Origin: a virus
Length of the DNA: 64,000 nt
Reading direction: 5' to 3' (one strand)
IMG/VR virus record: IMGVR_UViG_3300016474_000800
Coordinates: 21,141-85,140 of that record
Part shown: positions 57,753 to 64,000 of the stretch, piece by piece
Layout: the number at the start of each line of letters is the position of its first letter
Position numbering within the stretch: position 1 is the stretch's first letter
Program-made: the position numbers and the translations under genes
The notes under the pieces: generated by a model
The model's database searches: none
What the model saw: the letters and a program-made list of their open reading frames with translations, nothing else
Told to the model about the DNA's origin: nothing

Positions 57753-58124
57753 ATGATTTCTTTACGAGAACTTGTGACACCACAGGATGTTGCATTTAAA
57801 GGTATGTCTGTTTCGGGAACACCGGTAATCACCGTGTCTGGTGATTATCGGGTGTTTTCTGGTATGTCGGTGTCCGGTTCTCCATTGTATACGGTGGTGG
57901 GTAACAAACTATTTCGTGGAAGTTCGACATCTGGACAACCTCTTGCAACACTAGTAAGTGACTTAGTATTTGACAAAAATCAAGTATCCGGTATACCAAT
58001 TGCAAGATTGCAAGGTATACGTGCATACTCTGGTGCCGGAGTTTCTGGTTCACCACTGGTCACGGTACCTAGTGGAAATTTGGTTACATTATTTGCGGCA
58101 GTGTATCACGTAACCAGAGGATAA
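57753..58124 (+). CDS. Beta-repeat protein with five ~18-aa F.G.S.SG.P..T repeats
   Basis: FKGMSVSGTPVIT, FSGMSVSGSPLYT, FRGSSTSGQPLAT, FDKNQVSGIPIAR, YSGAGVSGSPLVT. Confidence 0.7.
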   Translation: MISLRELVTPQDVAFKGMSVSGTPVITVSGDYRVFSGMSVSGSPLYTVVGNKLFRGSSTSGQPLATLVSDLVFDKNQVSGIPIARLQGIRAYSGAGVSGSPLVTVPSGNLVTLFAAVYHVTRG

Positions 58125-58127
58125 TAC

Positions 58128-60701
58128 ATGACACCGGACCTAGAAGCAGAGTATAAAAAAGCATCCGACGAATTTAAAGAATTAACTGAAGAATTGTCAA
58201 AACTTAGTGCCGATTTTAACAATACACGACGGTTGATGAATACGTTAAATGCCGCACAGCAAGAGTTACGTACAATAACTAGTCGGTATACGGAAACAAT
58301 TACACGTAGTATTACATCTACTATAGATCAGATATCCAAAAACAACCAACGTAGTAAATTGTTACAGCAAGAAATTGAAAGTGAAAAGAAAAAAATAGAG
58401 CAGACAAAAAAAGACATAGAACGTAGAACAAAAACCGCACAGTTATTAGACCAAAAAGCGGATCAACTTAGAAAAGAATATGATTTAGAAGCAAGTAAAC
58501 GTCGTTCAAGTGCAAAAAAACGTGACCAACTAATGGCTGCCGGCGCAGAAGTTGAAGAGCAATTACGAAAAGAAAATGATGTAATTAAACAACTACGAGA
58601 AGCCGAATTAGCGCAAACAGAGACATTAAAAGCAAAAACTGCACTTCTAAAAGTATTACCTGTTGATAAATTGTTGACAACTTTGAATGGCACCGTTCAG
58701 GTTCTATCCAGAATGTCAAGTGTAATGACATCATTTAGTGACACCATTGTTCGTACTCAAAAACAGTTTGGTATTGGTGCATCCGCTGCGTTTGGTTTAA
58801 AAATAGACAATTTGGTTACTAGTGTTGGAAGTTATATTGACTCTTTGAAGTCTGGATTTAGAACCGTTGGTGTTAGCGCGGAACAAATTGCAGAAACTCA
58901 ACAATCTTTCCAAGAAGAATTTGGTGGAATATTGACCACGGACGCGGCGACCAAGCTTGCAGAACAAGCAAAAATGTTGGGTATCACCGCCGGCCAACTT
59001 GCAATTGCACGCAGGGTATTTATGACACAAACAATGGGTAACGTGTCAGAAGCAAATAGAATACAACAACGGTTTATTAATGAGTTTGCAAAGAAAGGAT
59101 TGACGGCGACAGACGCAATGGCAACTATTGCACAAAACTCAGAACTTCTTGCACGTAATGGAACTCGATTCGCACAACAATTTGCCCGCGCGGCAGCAGA
59201 CGCTAAGAAAATTGGTATTGATCTAGGAAAAATCAGTCAAGTTGGCGATAATATCATTAGTAATTTTGAAGGATTCTTAGAAAGTCAAGCAGAACTTGGG
59301 GCAATGGGATTTGGATTCGACACAAGTCGTCTATCAGAAATTGCAATAACTGGCGACGATGCGGCACTATTCCGTGAACTACGTTCACAACTTGCGGGCA
59401 TGGGTAAAGATATAACACAATTGAATCGACCGGAACGACTTGCATTAGAAAGTGCATATGGAATTAACATTTCAGAAATGCAACGGTTGTCGGCACCAAC
59501 CACAACTGGCGGTGGGGAACCGACAAAATCTATAGAAGACTTGCAAACAGAAAGTAATTCATTGTTAGGAAGAATTGCGCGTGGTATTGATGCTCTTGGT
59601 GAAGTGTTCGGTGGAGTATCCGCAGTTCTTTCCGGAGTTATTGCAGTGAGTTCGGCCGCGACAGCGATGTTCACTGGAATGACTGCATTGGGTGTTACGG
59701 CATTAGCCGCACCTCTTTTACTTGTAGCCGGTGCAATAGCGGGAATTACTGCTTTTATTATGAATTTTGATACAATAAAATCTTGGGTTTCTAAAATTCC
59801 GGGTTCTACAATTAAAAAAGGAGATGACGTAGTATCTCTACCGGGATATGGAAAACGGTCGTTATTAACACCGTCTGGGGTTATCTCATTAAACAATAAA
59901 GACAACATCGTGGCGTACGCCGATGATATGATGGGAACTACTCGTTTACCATTTGGTTCAATCACAAAAGAATTTGCAAAGGTAGATGAATTCAAAAACA
60001 AAGTAACCGATGTATTTACGGGATTGAGCAACACCATCGTAGGACGATTCCAGAATGTACGTCAATCGGTTGGTACCACAATTGGTGGGTTGTTGGGAAA
60101 TATACAACAGAAACAAACTGGTATATTAACAAGTGTGAAAAATATTCCACTTGTCTCAAATGTCGTTGGAATGATGTCTTCCATCAAAGAAAAGGGTGGT
60201 ATCGGTAATGTTATTAGTAGTAATGTTGGTAATTTGTTACAAAGTAATCCACTTGCATCTAAGACAACTGGAATAGTGTCGTCTGTTGCAAAAAGTGGTA
60301 TCGGTAAATTAATTGGTGGTACACTGGGAAGTGCGATACCGATTCCGGGAGTTGGAACGGCGTTGGGTTCATTGGTGGGAGGTGGTGTTGGTAAACTCGT
60401 TGGTGGCTTGTTTGGTAAAAAGAAAAAACCACAACCAGCAAACGTACCACAGATGGATATTCCAGACATTAGCACGGATATGTTAACCACATTGCTAATG
60501 ACCGGTATGACTAAAACTGCTCCAAAACAGACCGACCAAATCAAGTTAGACATATCCACTCTAGAAAAAAAGTTTGACCAACTTATTCAAGTATTCAGTA
60601 CTGTTCAGATCAATTTGGACGGAAATAAAGTCGGTCAGGTTTTGGTGGCAAACGACCAACGTGCTGCGGTATCGGGAGTATTTCGAGCCCAACGTACTTA
60701 A
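58128..60701 (+). CDS. Tape measure protein
   Basis: 857 aa; long N-terminal coiled coil, Ala/Gly-rich hydrophobic centre, C-terminal INLDGNKVG; sits between chaperone-like and baseplate genes. Confidence 0.8.
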   Translation: MTPDLEAEYKKASDEFKELTEELSKLSADFNNTRRLMNTLNAAQQELRTITSRYTETITRSITSTIDQISKNNQRSKLLQQEIESEKKKIEQTKKDIERRTKTAQLLDQKADQLRKEYDLEASKRRSSAKKRDQLMAAGAEVEEQLRKENDVIKQLREAELAQTETLKAKTALLKVLPVDKLLTTLNGTVQVLSRMSSVMTSFSDTIVRTQKQFGIGASAAFGLKIDNLVTSVGSYIDSLKSGFRTVGVSAEQIAETQQSFQEEFGGILTTDAATKLAEQAKMLGITAGQLAIARRVFMTQTMGNVSEANRIQQRFINEFAKKGLTATDAMATIAQNSELLARNGTRFAQQFARAAADAKKIGIDLGKISQVGDNIISNFEGFLESQAELGAMGFGFDTSRLSEIAITGDDAALFRELRSQLAGMGKDITQLNRPERLALESAYGINISEMQRLSAPTTTGGGEPTKSIEDLQTESNSLLGRIARGIDALGEVFGGVSAVLSGVIAVSSAATAMFTGMTALGVTALAAPLLLVAGAIAGITAFIMNFDTIKSWVSKIPGSTIKKGDDVVSLPGYGKRSLLTPSGVISLNNKDNIVAYADDMMGTTRLPFGSITKEFAKVDEFKNKVTDVFTGLSNTIVGRFQNVRQSVGTTIGGLLGNIQQKQTGILTSVKNIPLVSNVVGMMSSIKEKGGIGNVISSNVGNLLQSNPLASKTTGIVSSVAKSGIGKLIGGTLGSAIPIPGVGTALGSLVGGGVGKLVGGLFGKKKKPQPANVPQMDIPDISTDMLTTLLMTGMTKTAPKQTDQIKLDISTLEKKFDQLIQVFSTVQINLDGNKVGQVLVANDQRAAVSGVFRAQRT

Positions 60702-60713
60702 CTGAGTTAATTC

Positions 60714-62228
60714 ATGTCATTTAAGAGTTTAGAACAACGATTTAACGAACGCGTAAACGTTTTGTATGCGGGATCAACTTTAAAATTTAAAAATGGATTG
60801 CCGTCTACCGGTAGAAATGATGATCCGTTAATGGTTCGCCGGCCGGGGAATGGTTACTGGACTTCGGCCGAAAGCCGCGCTACACCAATCTCTAGTGCAA
60901 TTCAGGACACGAAACGTATGACGTTGTTTTTATCAAGCGCACGTGGTGTCAAGTTCTTAGCGAAACAACAATTGTTACAGACAGGAAATACATTTGCAAT
61001 GACGCGAATAATAAATCCTGCATTTGTTGTGGCAAACGCAACACCATTTTTACATGTAAAACGAAATCTACGTCCCGTTAACTTACTACGTGGGCCAACC
61101 GACACATCATACCAAAGTATCAAAAAGTTCGGTAAACTACAACAGGAAACATTCAATACTTTGAAAACCAAACCCGTACCAAACTACGTTAAGGAATGGG
61201 TAAATATTCGTTCTTCTTCCACGTCATCTACTTCTCAAAACCAAAATGTTACTACACAACGGCGATCATTGTTGAGTAGAATTACATCTTCCATAACGTC
61301 TACGGTTAGACAACTGGTGAAAGATAAAATCAATCAAGTTGTTTCTCCGATAACATCGACTATCTCGTCCGTGGTTGGTGGTACAAACGGGTATGTAAAC
61401 GGAAAACCCGAAGTAGAACGACCAGAAGCCGCCGGTGGTAATAGTATTGTTGATATTACATACAACATAAATACGAACTGGCAGCGTGGAAATTACAATA
61501 AAGACTATAACTTAATTTCCGGCGATCAAATTACACATCTCAAATATTTTAATGGTGGGCGGTTGAAGAGTTCAAAAGTTGGACAAAGTAATGGTGATAT
61601 CAATTACGCTCCGACGAAAGCCATTATTTCTGATCCACTAAACTTAGCAAGAAAAAACAAAGGAACAAGTACAAATATCTACTCCGACCTCCAAACGGAA
61701 ACTTCCGTTAAAGATGAAAAAATTGAAGATATCATCATGGTATCGTTCAAAATGGGCAGAGATGAACCAGTACAATTTCGTGCGTTTATTAAAGACATTC
61801 AACAAAGTGTACAGTCAACACCAAGAGAATATCAATACATTGGAAGAACAGAAAAGTTTATCAGTTATGGAACCGTCCAACGTAAAGTTACATTCAAATT
61901 GGATGTTATTGCATTTTCACAGAATGAACTACCCATTGTTTGGAAACGTATTAATTACTTGACCGGATTGTTATTCCCCTATGGCATCAATCGTGGTATC
62001 CTACAACCAAATATCATATATTTAACCATTGGTAAGTTATATACGGCGCAGCCCGGATATGTTACGTCCATCAATACCCGATTTAACGAAACGGCAGAAT
62101 CATGGGACATCGACCCATCACGACAAGTTCCTATTGCGGCAACGACAGATATTGATTTTACAATTATCGAAAAACGTACTGCATTGGCAACATCTCCGTT
62201 CTATGCAATCAACGAACAACCAATTTAA
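60714..62228 (+). CDS. Baseplate / tail-tube initiator-like protein
   Basis: C-terminal VQFRAFI...YIGRTEKF.SY...RKVTFKL...IYLTIGKLY tube-fold-like domain, after the tape measure gene. Confidence 0.65.
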   Translation: MSFKSLEQRFNERVNVLYAGSTLKFKNGLPSTGRNDDPLMVRRPGNGYWTSAESRATPISSAIQDTKRMTLFLSSARGVKFLAKQQLLQTGNTFAMTRIINPAFVVANATPFLHVKRNLRPVNLLRGPTDTSYQSIKKFGKLQQETFNTLKTKPVPNYVKEWVNIRSSSTSSTSQNQNVTTQRRSLLSRITSSITSTVRQLVKDKINQVVSPITSTISSVVGGTNGYVNGKPEVERPEAAGGNSIVDITYNINTNWQRGNYNKDYNLISGDQITHLKYFNGGRLKSSKVGQSNGDINYAPTKAIISDPLNLARKNKGTSTNIYSDLQTETSVKDEKIEDIIMVSFKMGRDEPVQFRAFIKDIQQSVQSTPREYQYIGRTEKFISYGTVQRKVTFKLDVIAFSQNELPIVWKRINYLTGLLFPYGINRGILQPNIIYLTIGKLYTAQPGYVTSINTRFNETAESWDIDPSRQVPIAATTDIDFTIIEKRTALATSPFYAINEQPI

Positions 62229-62239
62229 CCATAACATTT

Positions 62240-62500
62240 ATGGCACGTTATCTCACTGATCCCACTATTGTAAAAACAAATACGGGAAAACGGTATTACA
62301 CTACCGTCATACCCGAAACATACGTACCATCAGAAACTCCCTTTACCATTACGGCGCGAACGGGTGACCGATGGGATACCATCGCATTTCGATACCTAGG
62401 AAACGCGGCATTGTGGTATTTGGTTGCAAATAGTAATGGCGGGGCAAACGGTTCCATATTTATTACTCCGGGAAAACAGATCATCATTCCAGAGATATAA
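62240..62500 (+). CDS. LysM-like baseplate protein (P2 gpX / T4 gp53-like)
   Basis: TARTGDRWDTIAFRYLGNAALWYLVANSN...ITPGKQIIIP. Confidence 0.8.
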   Translation: MARYLTDPTIVKTNTGKRYYTTVIPETYVPSETPFTITARTGDRWDTIAFRYLGNAALWYLVANSNGGANGSIFITPGKQIIIPEI

Positions 62501-62503
62501 GTT

Positions 62504-64000
62504 ATGGCAGAACCACACAAGAACAGTTCTTTCAGTTACAAGAGTATAAACAAAAATATTAGACAAATCTTAGAAACGCGTTCAGAGTTAGATAACACTA
62601 TTCAACTCGCTATGCCGTTTATAAAGGCAACGACCACCGTACGTCTACCAGATTACCTGAATGGTCCGAACAATCTTGGTTTCACGTTAGGATTACACGC
62701 AATCGAAGAAGACGTAACCGCAGAAAACATATATTCTACACAGGACGGTGATTCGTTAATTGGATACACGTACACCCCTGACGGAACAACAGAACGTGTG
62801 TATGCAAAAAACACCACGCTAGCCACACTAGCTGGTAAGTTTTTTGATGGAAGTACTCAGTTATACGGAACTACAAAATCAAATCTAGTTCCGCCACCGG
62901 GTATTACCAGTGCCACAGTGGGTAGAAATAAAAACGGACTTCTGGTATCCGCCGACATAAAATTATCTATACCAAGTTTACTACAATTGGAAATTTTACA
63001 CAGAACATTTTTGATTCCCGGTGTTGGTATGGTGTTAGAATGGGGACAACAATTTTCTAACGAAATTTCTCCTTCGTTGGGTGAATTTGGATTGTCAACA
63101 ACCACGAATCTTAGAGAAAAAATGTTCCCGTGGTACGATAGACAAAAACTGTTACCACTACTGTACCGGTTGGGAAGAAATCAAGTAGGCATACAAGAGA
63201 TACTTGACAAATATGTATACCCCACACAGGGACAGTATATGTGGATGTTTGGCCGCGTGGCAAATTTTAACGTTCAGTCAAACTCGGACGGGTCATTTGA
63301 AGCGTCGGTAAAAATTGTGGGACCGTCAGAAGACGCGTGGGCCTTTTCAACTAGAAATACGGTAATTCCACCCAGAGATAGACGCGACAAAGTATGTACT
63401 GAATTTTCAAATAGTATAGAATCATACTTTACGTCAACGTCTACTGGATTGAACCTAAAATCGTTATTAGAAAGAGTGGCGTCGTCTCCATCACATCCGT
63501 GGCATGGTCATGTCTACAAGTTTACCCAAGGAAATAAATCAGAAGGAGAAGTACCACCTCAAGATATTACAAAACCAAATATTAGTGAAGATACATTTGC
63601 CGATTCAGAAGACGCGTATTTTATGACATGGCGATTCTTTGTTAATGTTGTGTTAAATAGTCAAACAGAGGGAGTGAAGGCAATATTTAAAAACGCAACC
63701 CTTACTGACGACGAACTTCGGAAGATTTCAACACTACGACCCTACAGTGATAAGAACACCACACCACCTGACAGAATGGGACTGTCACAGTTTAGACGAT
63801 CCATTGACGACAAGTATGAAAATTTTGTAGGAAACAATCCATTCTTACGATCAACGGATTTATCGACGTTAATCATTGTTAATGAAAAAGCAGCAACTCT
63901 AGCCGACCAAGATCTATCCCGTTCAAGACCACAACTTCGTTCTGAACTAACTAACGCCGAGTCTGCTGCGGTTCGTCAGATGAGAAGTATTGGTGACTTT
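62504..64000 (+). CDS. Baseplate hub-like structural protein (3'-truncated; absent from the ORF track)
   Basis: Manual translation from ATG 62504 is stop-free to the window end (499 codons): MAEPHKNSSF...PPPGITSATV...IPGVGMVLEWG...FGRVANFNVQSNSDGSFEASV. Confidence 0.75.
   Translation, partial: MAEPHKNSSFSYKSINKNIRQILETRSELDNTIQLAMPFIKATTTVRLPDYLNGPNNLGFTLGLHAIEEDVTAENIYSTQDGDSLIGYTYTPDGTTERVYAKNTTLATLAGKFFDGSTQLYGTTKSNLVPPPGITSATVGRNKNGLLVSADIKLSIPSLLQLEILHRTFLIPGVGMVLEWGQQFSNEISPSLGEFGLSTTTNLREKMFPWYDRQKLLPLLYRLGRNQVGIQEILDKYVYPTQGQYMWMFGRVANFNVQSNSDGSFEASVKIVGPSEDAWAFSTRNTVIPPRDRRDKVCTEFSNSIESYFTSTSTGLNLKSLLERVASSPSHPWHGHVYKFTQGNKSEGEVPPQDITKPNISEDTFADSEDAYFMTWRFFVNVVLNSQTEGVKAIFKNATLTDDELRKISTLRPYSDKNTTPPDRMGLSQFRRSIDDKYENFVGNNPFLRSTDLSTLIIVNEKAATLADQDLSRSRPQLRSELTNAESAAVRQMRSIGDF

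Noticed and set aside
1-64000. Stop-codon reassignment (as in some large phages)
   Set aside because: The standard code gives intact core genes and near-complete coverage; TAA, TGA and TAG all end genes at sensible borders.
1-64000. tRNA, rRNA, introns or inteins
   Set aside because: Intergenic gaps are at most ~120 nt with no cloverleaf seen; terL, portal, MCP and sheath are uninterrupted with no intein splice motifs noticed.

Overview
64-kb piece of a large T4-like (contractile-tailed) dsDNA phage genome, not cellular DNA. Every credible gene is on the + strand, in one late morphogenesis region. The head module holds terL, the gp20-like portal, gp21-like protease, scaffold, gp23-like MCP, ribosomal protein bS21 and many small proteins with capsid-targeting-like N-termini. 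It is followed by a free-standing GIY-YIG endonuclease, neck genes, sheath, tube, fibre genes, a six-gene glycosylation cluster, an SNF2 helicase, a tail-chaperone-like gene pair, the tape measure and the start of the baseplate. Both terminal ORFs run off the window. The strongest candidate for a new system is three virion-type proteins with very long mucin-like Thr/Pro stalks. The longest lies one gene upstream of two tandem GT60-like (polypeptide alpha-GlcNAc transferase-like) genes and further glycan-building or decorating enzymes, suggesting phage-encoded mucin-type O-glycosylation of its own fibres. Other signals: protease-processable cargo enzymes (SpoT-type HD hydrolase, ligase-like/NTase polyprotein), two shuffled peptide modules, a probable +1/-2 frameshift before the tape measure, a ~2.7-kb high-GC block inside a fibre gene, and a recurrent ATAT(T/G)TATA upstream motif. 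Family assignments come from motifs read by eye; no searches were run, and DUF names are recalled, not verified.
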